From assembly GCA_043228905.1 (NCBI GenBank), contig JBHGNT010000012.1:3348001-3412000 (forward strand): 64,000 nucleotides of DNA, in the 5' to 3' direction. Made by a program: the position numbers and the translations under genes. Shown in pieces: positions 23,918 through 38,103 of the stretch. The notes beneath the pieces were generated by a model. That model was given only the letters and a program-made list of their open reading frames with translations, ran no database searches and was not told the origin of the DNA. Position 1 is the stretch's first letter. The number at the start of each line of letters is the position of its first letter. Source of the stretch: Azolla caroliniana (lineage: Eukaryota > Plantae > Polypodiophyta).

Positions 23918-26900
23918 CAATGCACACAACTCTATTAAAAAATAATACTCACTCTATACATAGGATGTGCTCAGTGAGCACTTTTATACAAGTCCATACG
24001 GACTGACAAAAGTACTGACACGTACTTCAATGCTCATAACTGAGCTCTACACTAACTCCCAAAATATATTCCTACACGGAATATCTTTCCAACGGCCTCG
24101 CGGTTTACGCACCGCTACGGCTTCTCGTTGCGCACCGGTTTGCGTACCAATTTACGCACCCGGTTTATGCACGGGTCCGGCCTAACCGATCAGTCCTAAC
24201 CGATCCGGTTCTCAGCTTGCACAGCCGATCTGGCCAATGTTGAGCTTGTATCTCAACACTCCCCCTCAAGCTTAACTTGAGGCTCTTCTACTTCTTTTGG
24301 ATCACCACTCCAGTTTCTTCTGGCTTCATGCCTTGCTTGCACTCCTCGTCCTATTCGATTCTGCGCGCCTTGACCCTTCCAGTCGGTGTGTGTGCTCGTA
24401 TAGCCCTTCTTAGCTCCCTTGCTATTGTGGTGTTGACGCCTCTTCGACTGCCCTTTCTTCCGCTTTGCCCTCGGTTGATTCGGTGTCTCCGAATCAAACA
24501 TCCGATTGGTTTTCACTCTCTTCTGAATTGGTTGCTTCTTGCTACTCCACGCGATCGAAGTGCTCCCAAGAGAGAACGCAAGTCCGGATGTGGATTGGCA
24601 ATCGCCGGCGTTTCCGGCCCAATCACCATCGGTGTAGCCGACTAACTGCGTGGCAGTATCAGTCCGATATAGTAGCCCCCTGTCCTTAGTGCCACTGATG
24701 TACCGGAGTACGCGTTGTGCGCACTGAAGGTCCTCCTCGGTTGGCCGCGCCATGAACTGACTAATCACGTCGACTGGGTAACTCAGGTCTGGGCGAGTGA
24801 TAGTCAATTATATGAGGCTTCTGACAATCTGTCGGAACCTCTTTGGGTCGCAAACTTTTCCAGAGTCGGGCCGAAGCTTGACGGTTCTATCCAGAGGAGT
24901 CGAGATAGACTTACAATCCGCCATCCCGAACTTGGAGAGCATACCTAGCACGTAATGTCGTTGGCTGATCAGTATGCCTTCGGGGGTATGGATCACTTCG
25001 ATCCTGAGGAAGGAATGAAGGTCCCCCAGGTCCTTCATGTCAAATGATGCCGCAAGATGGAGCTTTACGTGGTCAATTTCACCTAGGTCGGCGTCAGTGA
25101 TGACCAAGTCATCAACATAAAGTAAAATACTAACCGGCCCGAGTCGACCTTCCCGAATGAACAGTCAAGAGTCCGATTTGGATGTTGCGAAACCCATCCG
25201 ACGAAATCGATGCGTGATTTTCGCGTTCCAAGCACACGGGTCTTGCTTTAGTCCGTAAAGTGACTTCTTCAACCGGCATACTGCTGAGGGGTTCATTCCG
25301 GAGTGAAATCTGGGGGGTTGTACCATGTACACCTGTTCCTCAAGCTCGCCTTGCAGGAACGCATTCTTGACATCCATTTGATATAAATGCCACCCCTTCA
25401 CCGCTGCTACAGCTAGCAGAACATGCACGATAGTCGTCTTCGCGACAGGTGCAAAGGTCTCGTCGTAGTCCACACCGTGCTTCTGTGCGTAGCCTTTCGC
25501 TACTAACCGAGCCTTGTATCGGTTGACCGAGCTGTCAGTATTTTACTTGACCTTGTACACCCACCTACATCCGATTGGCTTCACACCCTTCGGTGCGTTA
25601 ACCAGGTCCTAGGTTTCATTCTCCGCCAATGCACACATCTCTTCCTTCATTGCGGCACGCCAATTTGCGTCCTTCGCCACTTCTGCGTAGCTCTCCGGCT
25701 CATGCACTTCCGCTACACGCGTCATGTATGCATAGTGATGCGCCATGTACTCGTTGTATCCGAACTGCACAACAAGGTTCTTCTGGAGGGTGGATTGGCG
25801 TAACTGTTCATTAGCCGATGTTGAGGCTTTCTTGGCTGACACCGCTCTTCTCGGAGTCGGATTGGCATCGATCCAACTCGACCTTATCCGTGCCATACTC
25901 CGGCATCTTCTTCTTCCCGTTTTCCTTGTGGGTAAACCGTCTCCTCGGCTTCCTGCGCGGGGAATGCACGGTTGAGTCTCCACTACTCGCCGGCTCTACT
26001 TCGGACTGGTCAAACCAACCCAGTTGCTCGTTTGGTCCACTTAGCCGAAATGAAATCAGACTCTCATCGAGGGTCTTGATTTCGCGGTCATCTAGAGGCA
26101 TTTTTGCCTCGTTGACCTTATCGTCAAAACTCGGGTTCGGAGATCCGAAGTTGGAGTTGAGGTCCGGAGTCAGAGGCAAGTACCAAGATGCGGACTCATC
26201 AAACAAAACATCACGAGCTTGTTTGGTTCGGGGGTTATAACACTTATAACCTTTCTTTTCGTCAGAATCACCGACCAAGATACACTTCTTGGCTTTCGCG
26301 TCCAACTTCCTCTATTTCTCCTTCAGCACATGCACATGCACAATGCTACCGAAAACTCTCAAGTGTCGTAGATTCGGCTTTTTTCCGAAATATATAGCTC
26401 ATGCACCAACACTTTGTCTCCGATCCGATTCTGGATGTAGACCGCGGTTCGTACCGCTTCGGCCCAATAGAACTTGGGCAAGCTCTTTTCTTCCAGCATT
26501 GTGCACGCCGCTTCCACAACCGACTGATTTTTCCTTTCGGCTATGCCGTTTTGCTCCGGCGTATACCTGCAACTGAATTCACGTCGAATTCTAATTTGTT
26601 GAAGATAACTGTTGAATTGGCCGGAAAAGTACTCTTTTCCGCCATCCAACCGTAGGCACTTGATCTTTCTCCCTGTTTCCCTTTCGACGAAGCTTTTGAG
26701 GTCTTGGAAATAGTCGAAGACTTCACTCTTCTTTTCAATGAGATAGATCCACGTGTGCCAAGACTAACATTCTGTGTTGGCCCCCATACATCTGAATGTA
26801 TCATGTCGAGCTTGTTTCAGCTCCGGTTACACTCGTTGGGGAAAGGAAGTCAGTGTTGCTTCCCTAGTTGGCAAGCTTCACAAATTTGGGCCTTCGGGCC

Positions 26901-28946
26901 ACTGAATCTGGGCAATCCGAACACAATTTGTTTCGATTGCAAGTCCTGAAGCCTTTGATAGTTGACGTGGCCTATCCGCTTGTGCCACAAGTTGATATCC
27001 GATGTGACTTTTGGTCCTTCTGTGAACATTGCGGTGCCAACGTCGTTGGTGTTGAGGATAAACATCGTCCCATCTCTGCGCCCTTGCCCAATAGCTTGGC
27101 CTTCCTCCTTGATGAAGCACCCGAGATGCATGAACTGGACTTGCATCCCCTGGTCGACGATCTGCCTGACCGACACCAGATTCTTCGTGATTGTCGGGAT
27201 GTGTAACACGTTCATGAGTTTCCCTTTTTGCCCGACATGGCTCAGGGGAACTTCACCGACATTCTCGATTGGATGCGGAGTGTCGTCTCCTGTTGCGACT
27301 ACTCCCGGTTGCATCGGTTTCTCAAGGTATGAGAACCACTCCTTATGGTTGGTCATGTGGTTGGACGCGCCGAAGTCAATGTACCACAGCTCGTCCAATC
27401 TCGGGGTGGTATTCTTCATCAAGTTTGCCTTGTGTCTCGTCACGAAGGCTGCCCCCTTCCGACTTTTTCAGATCCTTCGGCGTAGTGTGATCGCTGCCGA
27501 TTTCCTTTGTTGGTTTGTCCGGATCTGGATACGGTTTTCTCTGAATTGGCACACTTCTTCCAACACTCGCTCTCCTTGTGGCCTTTCTTTCCACAGTACC
27601 AACATTCCGCAACGGATTTCCCTTGCCGGTTCTTGTCGCCTCGACTCGCCTTGTTTCCAGAGGGTTCGGAATTGCTGTCGGCATCACTTCGGTGCCTTCT
27701 TCCTTGATCTCGTCGGCCGCCTCCATAGCGCACCGACTCGCCTCATCCGCCACGACCACGGGGCTTATCTCCCTCCATGTACAACATGTTGCTATCGGTG
27801 TGCATGCTCGTCGATGCACCCGCGTGGTTCTCCTCTATAAGGAGCATCGACTGTAGGTCGAAAAACGATGGTGTATTCTCCCGTGTGCACACAGGAGTTC
27901 GGAACGCTCCAAACTTCGACGCCAGTCCCCTGACACAGATCTACACCATCTCGCCTTCCTCGACGTTCACATCAATGGAGGCTAAAGAGTCGCATATCTC
28001 TTTGATCTTCGAGGTGTAATCAGCCACCAACAACTCGCGTTGTCGCAAGTTGCTCAATTCCTGTTGGAGTTGGTGCTTTCTGGCTGTGGTGCTTGCGGCG
28101 AAAATCTTTTTCAGATTTACCCAAGCATCCTTCGGCGTTTCCGCATCCCGAATATAGCTTAGAAGTTGTTCACCCACACAAGACGCGAAGCAGTAGAGAA
28201 CTCTACTCGTCGACTGTTCCCAAGCTGGGAAGTCTTTGTGTGTCGAATCGGGTGTTGTCTCATTTGCTCCGTTGACATAGCTCCAATACCCATGCCTGAG
28301 TAGGTACTGGTGCATCTTGTACGACCAAGACGCGTAGTTATTTCTGTCGAGCTTCTCGGTCGGAAGCAAGCTAGCCATGCCTCTATCCATTTTGTTTTCC
28401 CTGTTCTTTATGAAGGTTAGATTTTCTTCTCGAGCTAAGGTCAGTTGCAGAGGTTCTCAACCCTCGCGCTCTAATACCATGTAAAAAGAACAACTTGCGG
28501 AAGCCACCGAAACCAAACGTAGGAAAACACAAGTTTAATGGAGAGCTTGGACAGACATAGTACACGGGAGAGACAGAGAGAGAGAGGGGGGGGGGGGGAG
28601 GGGGTTGATACACACAACTTTATTAAAAAATAATACTCACTCTATACATAGGATGTGCTCAGTGAGCACTTTTATAAAAATCCATAAGGACTGACAGAAG
28701 TACTGACACGTACTTCAATGCTCATAACTGAGCTCTACACTAACTCCCAAAATATATTCCTACGTAGAATATCTTTCCAATGGCCTCGTGGTTTATGCAT
28801 CGCTACGGCTTCTCATTGCGCACCAGTTGGCGTACCAGTTTACTCACCCGGTTTACGCACCGATCCGACCTAACCAATCGGTCCCAACCGATCCGGTTCT
28901 TGGCTTGCACAAGTGATCCGACCAATGTTGAGCTTGTATCTCAAGA
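23775..28946 (-). mobile_element. Ty1/copia D (same lineage as A/G), degenerate, RNase H partly deleted
   Basis: LTRs at 23775-24258 and 28480-28946. TSD ATTAT (23770-23774, 28947-28951). PBS tggtattagagc and PPT present. gag at 27941-28390, PR at 26850-27443, INT and RT fragments. Confidence 0.93.
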
Positions 28947-31900
28947 ATTATAAACTAGATATACAAGGGGAGGAAACCATATTACAATCTCTGCACAATA
29001 GAGTATTCCAATTTAGGGTTCAGACAACAAGTACCTCTTGGATTGTGTCTACGCACCAAGTCTCTCTCACGTGTCACTCTTCTTCTCCTTCATGCTCTGT
29101 TACACTACAGAAACTCTATACTTCACTTTCTATTCTACTCTACACATAATGTTTGCCCTAGGTTTATTTATACTCATACACAGTATGGGCTATTTACAAA
29201 TATGTCTGTTATTATTATTATCAGATAATAATAGTAACAGTCGCTAATCAGCCGACTGATTGACTAGTCGTTTGAACTAGCCGACTGCCATGTCATCTGT
29301 GAAGTTGGCCCGACTAGCCGGCCTTGTCGTCGACCATCCAGTCGGCCCAACTAGTCGATCTTGTCTTTGACTTGGATCACTTACTATACTGTCGACTCCT
29401 CCTTTACTTTGACTGTTAGCGACCAGTTCGACTAATCGTCTCCTCCCATAGGAGGGACATATTCCTAACAAACTCCCCCTTCACTCCTATGGGTGGAGTT
29501 AGTTAGTCCTGTCCTCTACCGATTGACAAACTCCAAGTCTGTCCATCGGTAGGTTCTTCGTGAGCATGTCGGATCCATTGTCATCAATATGGATCTTCAC
29601 AAGGGTAAACTCTCCTTCTTCCACTTTTTCCTGCAACCAATGATACCTCCTCTATATATGTTTGGTTCGGGGGTGGTACGCAACATTCTTGGCTAGATGT
29701 ATAACGCTCTTGGTGTCACAATGAAGCAAGAAATCCCTTTTCTTCATTCCCAACTCACTGAGAAAATTTCTCATCCAAATCAGCTCTTTGCCGGCTTCAA
29801 CCATTGCCATGTACTCTGCCTTTGTGGTCGACAAGGCCAGAGATTTCTGCAATCTTGACTACAATGACATTGCTCCCCCTGCATAGATCATCACATACCC
29901 TGATGTGGATCGGCTTGAGTCTACGTCCCCCAACATGTTAGAGTTGGTAAAACCTTCGAGCATAGGTTTTCCGACACCATACCTGAAACACACCCTTGAG
30001 GTGCCCTTTAAGTACTTGAATATCCACTTCACGGCTTCCCAGTGTTCTCTACTTGGATTACTCATGTATCGGCTTACTCCTCCCACAACAAATGCTATTT
30101 CTGGTCTCCTACAGACCATAGCGTACATCAAACTGCCAATGACCATAGCATATGGTACTTTCCTCATCTCGGCCTTCTCCTTCTCGCTTCTTGGGCATTG
30201 TTTAGCCTTCATCTTGTAGTTTGTCGTCAATGCCGACTTGAGTGGCTTTGTTCCCGACATGTTGAACCTCTCCAAGATCTTTGTCACATATTTCTCTTGT
30301 GACAACCACAACACATTCTTAGTTCTATCTCGAACTATGTGCATCCCCAACATCTGTTTTTCTGGTCCAAGATCTTTCATGGCAAACGACTTTCCTAGAG
30401 CTTTCTTTAAGATCCCGATCTTCTTGGTATCTTGTCCGACTATCAACATGTCATCCACATATAATAAGAGAATCAAGAAGTTTCCTTCATTGTACCTTTT
30501 GACAAACACATAGTGACCAGTGTGACCAGCTTGTGTTTTCTAGAACCTATGTTCCAGCATGAAGGACTTGACCTTCGTGTACCATTGACGTGGAGCTTGT
30601 TTCAGACCTTACAAGCTTTTCTTCAGTCCACACACTGTGTTCTCTTTCCTTTCTCCACAAAGCCTTCGGGCTACTACATATAGATTTCTTCATCCAGCTC
30701 CCCGTGCAAGAATGCTATCTTGACATGGACCAATTGTTCAATGTCTAGGTCCATACTAGCAACTATCCTCAGAATAGTTCTGATTGATGTCATCTTTACA
30801 ACTAGTGCGAATATTTCGTCAAAGTCGACATCCTTTTTCTGTTGGAATCCCTTCACCACAATACTAGCTTTATATCTACTTGTGTTGTCGACTTCTCTAG
30901 TCTTCATCTTGTAGACCCATTTATTCCTGAGTGATCACTTTCCTTTCAATAACTCAACCATGTGGTAGGTGTAATTCTCATGCAAGGCATCCATCTCATC
31001 TTGCATTGCGCTTAGCCATTTCTCTTTGTGCTCATCGACAATGGCTTCATCATAGCACTCAGGTTCATTTTCATCAGTCACGAGCATGTGTTGACTGGCA
31101 TAAGTAGTCATTGCTCTCCTTTCTTTGAGTGGGTATCTCCTTCCACCCATTGTCAGCTCTGGTTCTGATGTCTAGATACCGTCTCTTCTCTCAGTTTGGG
31201 TTCATACATGTCGATCGGTTGCTCAAGATTAGCCGTCTTCGACTCGTATTCCTCGATCGATTTCAATAGGTCTAACGACTCCGAATCATATGTATTGGTC
31301 AGTTGCTTCGAGTTGATTCCGACTGGCTGTCTCTGAACAGTCGACTGTGTCGGTTCGACTAGTCTTAAGTCGGTGGCAGGGGGAGTCGATTTGGAAGTTG
31401 ATTCCGACTTTTGTTGTTTCCAGTCCTCAATTGTCTTGCCTTTCAAGAAGCTGATGTCCCAACTCACAACTTTCTTATCAATTATTTGACTCCTTGAGCT
31501 TTTGCTTGATGAGTTTTGCTGAACATCGAGATTTTACGCTTGACATGTGTTGGCTACCGCATGTGACAGACGGCGCCTCGGCAAGCGACTCTTCTCGCAC
31601 ATGCAAAAAACATCGTGGGCTTATCGAGACTCAAACTCCAACGAGAATGTTTCCAAATAGGAAATGGAAGGCATGATGTCCATCATGACAAGAACAAAAG
31701 GAGCCAAGATTTGGACACCACAGTATACACCAAAACAAATTTTATTTTTTGGGCTCGAAGTCCCAACGGATTTACAACGACGACACTTAAATGAGCATGG
31801 GTTCCCATGGTTTTTTTTGGGCTCCCATGTGACAATGTTTTTTTTTGGGCTCCCATGGTTTTTTTTCCATATCTGGGTTTTTCCACGTTGACATCCTGTG

Positions 31901-32505
31901 TCGTGTTATCTTAACTGTGTAAGTCCATTCTATCTACTGTTTCATTTTTCATTTCTTCCATTGAGTGATTGAGACTCGGTTGTGGCCGATCACTATTCCT
32001 CACAGTCAACCCAATAACACTTTTGATTCTCTAGAAACAACGGTGTAGGCAGGTCTTCTCCAATCAAATCATGCATTAGGCGATGATACTACAGGAAATA
32101 TGGAGTGAAGTTGTATCCACATTAAAGAGCCAATACAATGATGTCACATGCGAAACCGATGGTGAGCCTCCACATAAGATGGAAGTATTGCGTCCCTATT
32201 AGGATTTGTATATAAGATTCTTATCTGTAAAATTTAAAAACTACTGGGAGTTTTTTTGGAGAAAAACAAAACTTGAGTAAGAAAAGACGTGCTTAATTTT
32301 TGGAGATAATTTATCAAAATATTTTGGGAGAAGGAGTGCTTTTTGGGAAGTTAAAAGGAACACAAAATTTAGCTTTCATACAAACATTATATAATTCTTT
32401 TGCAAGGTGTTGAACACTTTTGTTTATTTCAAATAAATAAATAAACATTACTTATAATAATCTATTCCAAAAAAAGAGAATGATACTAGAGGGGAGAGTT
32501 ATGAT

Positions 32506-35500
32506 CAGTGTTGGGCAAAGTCCCAGGAACAGTGTAAACGTTCCGGTTGAATTCGGACTTTTGTCGGCCACCATGAGGGGCTGCCAGAATTGATTCCGGC
32601 GAGGTTTTCCTGCTAGCCGGAATCTAGCCGGTTCATATTCTATGAACCGGCTATTTATATAAATTAGAAAAACTTTATAAAGTTTTTCTTTTAAGTTCCC
32701 CCCCCCCCCATTTCCCCTTGTTTTTCCCACTGCTTTCCTTCTTCGCGGTGCTCACTGCTCCCTCTCTGTTCCTTTGAGTTGCTCATTGCGCCCTCCCTGT
32801 TTGTTCCTTGTTCGCGATGCTCCTTCTCTACTGCTCCTTGTGGCTCCTTGCTCATTCGTTGCCCATTGCTCCTCCCTGCTCGCTCGCTATTCATTGCTCC
32901 CTGTTGTTTCTGACTGATTGCATGACATCTGATATTCGCCACTCCACTTTGAAGTACGCATCTTGCCTATTTTTCTTTCACTGTTTATGAATTCTCCTTT
33001 TCTATCTATTTTCTCTGTTTTTTTCGTTGTTTGAATATGTTCTCTTTGCTTTGTTTTCAGTTCCTGTTGGTCGAATGGCTGCTTTAGTCTTGTTGTTCAA
33101 GAACGGCGGCTCTGCTGAGGAAATCAATGATTGAACTGTTATTCTTTAAAGACCTTCCGCTAATTGATTCAGAATCAATTGACAAACAAAATAGGCCAAT
33201 CGTTGATTTGAGCATGTCTTAGATTGTTGTTTTTCTATCTAATGTACGTTAGAGCCCACCATTGACTAGCATTAGAGCCTCCATCACAATTGGCTTCACA
33301 TTAGTATATGTCCTCATTTTCTCTTTGTTTCTCATGTGTGAACATTGATTTTTGAGTACCAACACTACTATCTTTTTTTGATAGGTGATTGCCAAAGCTT
33401 ATGTTTAGTGCATCTAAATAAAGCGCATTAACCTACTTGTCATTTTCCTGACCATGAAAACTTTGTAGTGTGCTAATTTGGCCCAAAGGGGATGTACAAG
33501 ATAAATGTTCCTTCCGAACCTTATCTTGACATTCATCACATAGATATTGTTGTTCTAACCTAGACAAACCAGGTGAACACCCCATGTAATCTAATAACTT
33601 AATTCCTCTTAATGAGATATTATTGGGCTTGGCCACTGGGAACAATTGGTCAAAGGTATTCATGGATGGGGAGATCATCGCAAAGTATATGCATTGGAGA
33701 AGAGGGTTGAATCTTTGTGCTTCTTTTTAGTGGGTGAACATGAAGTTGCGAAGATGTAAACGAACTAGGTGTGTGAAGAGATTTGCTCTTCTTCATCATC
33801 ATCAAGGGGCTATGGTAATAAACAAATTAGATGACTCTAACATACTATTTACTTATTACAACATAAATAGATGAATCGACAAATTTGAGATGAGAATCAA
33901 CATTTATTTTTGTTGAGAGATCAACCTCAACTTAGTTTAGTTAGTTAGTCAACACATGTAACTTAGTAGTTACCTAGATAGAATCTAGTTAGTGTGTTGA
34001 CCATAAAGCCTTAAATAGGATTTTGTACTTGAGTGGGATACATTGTAGATCCACCACTCCATGCTCATTTAATATAGGACTTACATGTTGTACCTATATT
34101 CTCCTACCACATGTGCACCCTTGCACATGAAACCTATATATACCACATTGAAGGTATTTTTGTATTGGATGATAGTTGATGATATTTACCTTTTAATATA
34201 CTTTATCATCCCCCATCTTGTTTTTGTGTTCATAAGTGTACTTCTCTCTCTCTTCCTCTCACGCACACATACACACATATATCACTTAATCTTCCGCTAC
34301 GTAATCGCTTAACTTAATCACATAATTAGGTAATAATTATTCCTTAATTAATTACCTAATCCTTAACATGGTATCAGAGCGTGTGGTTTAGCATATCCAC
34401 TATGCCCACCTGACACTCCGTGATTGTGTGTTCAAAACGCCGACGACAAATTCCGGTCATCCACTACCGTAGTGCCGCTACGTAGCACAAGTACGTGATC
34501 AAAGAAAGAAGAGCCAAAAAGGAAGACACAAAACAACATGAACACACAAATGGGTAGCTCGCTCCCTAGAGAAAAGCTAGACCGGAGCAATTATTCATCT
34601 TGGGAGTACAAGATGACCCAATACCTTGTCGGCCAAGGGTATTGGAGCTACATCAACGGCGCACTCGAGAACAAGCCCAACATCACAAACGCCAACTACC
34701 CAAAGTGGGAGCAAGGAGCGACTCGAGTAATGTATTGCTTGCCAACATGTGTCCACAACCACATGCTTAGCCACATTCGAGACGCCAAGACACCTAAAGA
34801 GGCATGGGAGAACTTAAAGAAAATGTTCGCCGCCAACACGACTGCCGCAAACTTCAACTCCGGCAAGAGTTGAATAACATTCAACAAAAAGACATGTCTG
34901 TGTCGGACTACACCGCCAAAATCAAGAGAATTTGCAACTCGCTTGGCTCCATCAACATAAATGTCGACAAAGACGAGATGGTTCAAGTATGCTTGGGCGG
35001 CCTCACACAATGATTTGATCCACTACGGACAGCAATCTTGGCGAGAGAAAACCCTCCTTCGTTCTTCGACCTCCAATCAATGTTATTGGTCGAAGAAAAC
35101 CACGTTCGAACCAAAAGCAAGGCACCGGAAGGATAAATGTTATTCTCGAATTCAGACGGTGGTCGAGGAAGACGTCATGGCGGTAGAAGAGGAAGCCAAT
35201 GAGGAACCTTCGGAAGAAGGGGGAGCTTCCAAGCCGAACAAGGTCGGCAAACAAGGCCCGCAACTTGCAATTATTGTGGCAAAATCGGCCACTATGAGGC
35301 GGAGTGTTGGAAGAAAATAAGCGAGTCGACGTCGACAAGCTGACAACTCACAAACTACGCCAACAATTCCGAATACGAGGATTATGGCGGACTATTCGTA
35401 ATGCGGCATAGAGCGAACTCTATGACGGCCTCCGACTCCGCAAGCATCTCCAATCCAGAGGACGTGGGGTTCGTAGATTCCGGCGCCTCACATCACATGA

Positions 35501-38103
35501 CATCCCACGAAGAATGGTTTCGCGATTTATGAAGGCCAGATCGACCCGGCTTTATAGAGACGGGAGACGACACCACGCATCCCATTCGACACATCGGCAA
35601 TGTCCCATTCGGGAAAGAAAGCGAGCAAACTTGCATCAAGAATGTCTTCCACGTGCCCACAATAACAAAGAATTTGGTCTTGGTTGGCCAAATCGTGGAG
35701 CAAGGCATGCAAGTCCACTTCAACAAAGAAGGATGCTTCATCGAGAAAGATGGTCGAGTCGTAGCTAAGGGGCGGAGAGAAGGCCGAATGTTCATCCTCG
35801 ATTCGAACGAGGCGAAATCGGCAATTTACGCTAAAGGTCTCAAAAACGAGACGAACATCGAGTTGTGGCACAAAAGAATCGGCCACATCAACCTCCAACG
35901 GCTCCGAGCTATGCAAACAAAGGGAGTCGTCATCGGACTTCCGACATTCAAGTCGAAACGAATCGACCAAGTATGCGAAGCATGTTAACTCGGCAAACAA
36001 CATCGACTCCCATTCCCGAAGGAGAGTTACACAAGCAAAGGCATCCTCGACGTCATACGCTCGGATGTATGGGGACCAGCTCAAACGCCAACGATCGACG
36101 GATGCCGATACTACATAACCTTCATCGATGACTATTTACGCTACACGTGGATCTACCCGATAAAGAAGAAAAGCGAAGTGCTCTCTCACTTCCAAAAGCT
36201 CAAGCGTCAAGTCGAAAAAGAAACCGGTCGGCACATTTGATGCTTACGATCGAACGGAGGGAAGGAGTACTTCTCCGACGAGTTCACCTCCTACCTCCAA
36301 AGTGAAGGCATTATGAGAGAATTATCATGCCGACACACACCCCAACAAAATGGAATCGCTGAAAGGAAGAATCGGCAAATACTTGAGGTAGTACGGGCCG
36401 AAGTGGCATCTATGACCGTCTATCTCATAAATCGATGCCCCACAAATGGAGTGCATGAGCTAACTCCATATGAGCTCCTTGTTGGAAGGAAGCCGATCCT
36501 GTCGCATCTCAAAGTGTTCGGAAGCATTGCGAATGCACGCATCTCGAACAAACAACGATAGAAGCCCGACGCGAAGTCGGAGAGATGTATCCTCCTAGGA
36601 TACTCATCCAAGAAGAAAGCATACAAGTGCTACAACCCGTCGACACGAGAAGTTCGCATAAGTCGAGACGTAGTCTTCAACGAGTACACATCTTGGTACG
36701 CACCAGAGACCTCCTTGACTCCGACTACGCTCGATGTGGATTACGTCGAACAAGAGGTAGAAGCTGAAGATCAACTCGCCCATATGAACGAGCAAAAGTC
36801 TGATTACGACCGAGCTTAGTGGCCCACAAGAATCTTCACGCGACCCAAGCACGTTGCGGGCAAGGCTGAAATCGGACAAGGGCAAGGGCAAGATGCCCGA
36901 AAACGATGTCGATCACCCCGACGACAATGATTCGGATGGATCGACTCCCTCACTAGACAGTGAGTTTGGTGTACCCACCATGCGAACACCCGAAGTAAAA
37001 AAGGCGCTCACATCGGCGAGCGAAAAACTTTGACGCTCTTCTAGAGAGAAGAATCCTGTCATTCGGCTCGGCTACAACGAGTATATGGCCCATCATTACG
37101 CCTTTGCGATGAAGGTAACGGCCGAACAAAAGCTCGATAGCCCTACGGAAGTGGCTCGTCACCCACGATAGGTGGAAGCAGTCGGCCTTCGCACCAATTT
37201 CGCATGACAAGTCTTCATCAAAGGCTTGAGGGGGAGGAACAAAAACTGCCACGAAAATATCAATGCCGAAATCACACTACTGGCCATCCAAAGCCGAAGT
37301 CGATCCAAACGTCGAAAGCCAAAGTGTACATCGGATGCCCCGAACTTGAGCTTGAGGGGGAGTGTTGAGAGATCAAGCTCAACTTAGTTTAGTTAGTTAG
37401 TCAATACATGTAACTTAGTAGTTACCTAGATAGAATCTAGTTAGTGTGTTAACCATAAAGCCTTAAATAGGATTTTGTACTTGAGTGGGATACATTGTAG
37501 ATCCACCCCTCCATGCTCATTTAATATAGGACTTACACGTTGTACCTATATTCTTCTAGCACATGTGCACCCTTGCACATGAAACCTATATATACCACAT
37601 TTAAGGTATTTTTGTATTGGATGATAGTTGATGATATTTACCTTTTAATATACTTTATCATCCCCCATCTTGTTTTTGTGTTCATAAGTGTACTTCTCTC
37701 TCTCTTCCTCTCACGCACACATACACACATATATCACTTAATCTTCCGCTACATAATTGCTTAACTTAATTACATAATTAGCTAATAATTATTCCTTAAT
37801 TAATTACCTAATCCTTAATAATTTCAAACACATGTAATGGAGGATAAGTTGAAAAATGGGAGGGAATTATGTACAACAAACTGTCCTAGCACAAAAAAGC
37901 ACAAAAAGATTATGAGAATAGACAAGAATAAATCACAAGGAGACATGTATATCGCATTATGTATACAGCTAAAAAAAATTGAACATGTTCCAGTTGACAT
38001 TGTCATTGGTAGGAATGTTGCCGGCTGAAATTTTAAAATTTTGGTTAGGTTCATGAGATGTAGGAAAATTTCCAATAGGGGCTAGAGACTTTGCCCAACA
38101 CTG
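32506..38103. mobile_element. Non-autonomous hAT-superfamily DNA transposon containing nested copia F
   Basis: Perfect 17-bp TIRs CAGTGTTGGGCAAAGTC (32506-32522; reverse complement at 38087-38103) and a perfect 8-bp TSD GTTATGAT (32498-32505, 38104-38111). No intact transposase. Confidence 0.9.
33911..37820 (+). mobile_element. Ty1/copia F, deletion derivative (gag-PR-INT; RT and RH absent)
   Basis: 458-bp LTRs at 33911-34368 and 37363-37820. TSD ATTTT/ATTTC. PBS at 34369-34380, PPT gagggggag. Coding remnants jump from the pre-RT linker (~37180) to the 3' tail. Confidence 0.92.

Larger units (their letters stand above)
16461..31500 (-). mobile_element. Tork/Tnt1-like copia E (5'-truncated); its 3' LTR is split by insertions C and D
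   Basis: LTR pieces 16461-16518 + 23561-23774 + 28952-29470 (TGTTAAC...CCTAACA), followed by PPT aactccccct. RH at 29652-29852. RT at 29859-31150 (LLLYVDDMLIV, KSFAMKDLGP, EMRKVPYA are Tnt1-like). Confidence 0.8.

Noticed and set aside
31510-31910. Short gggctcccatgg repeats, possible transposon end or LTR fragment
   Set aside because: No partner terminus or TSD identified.
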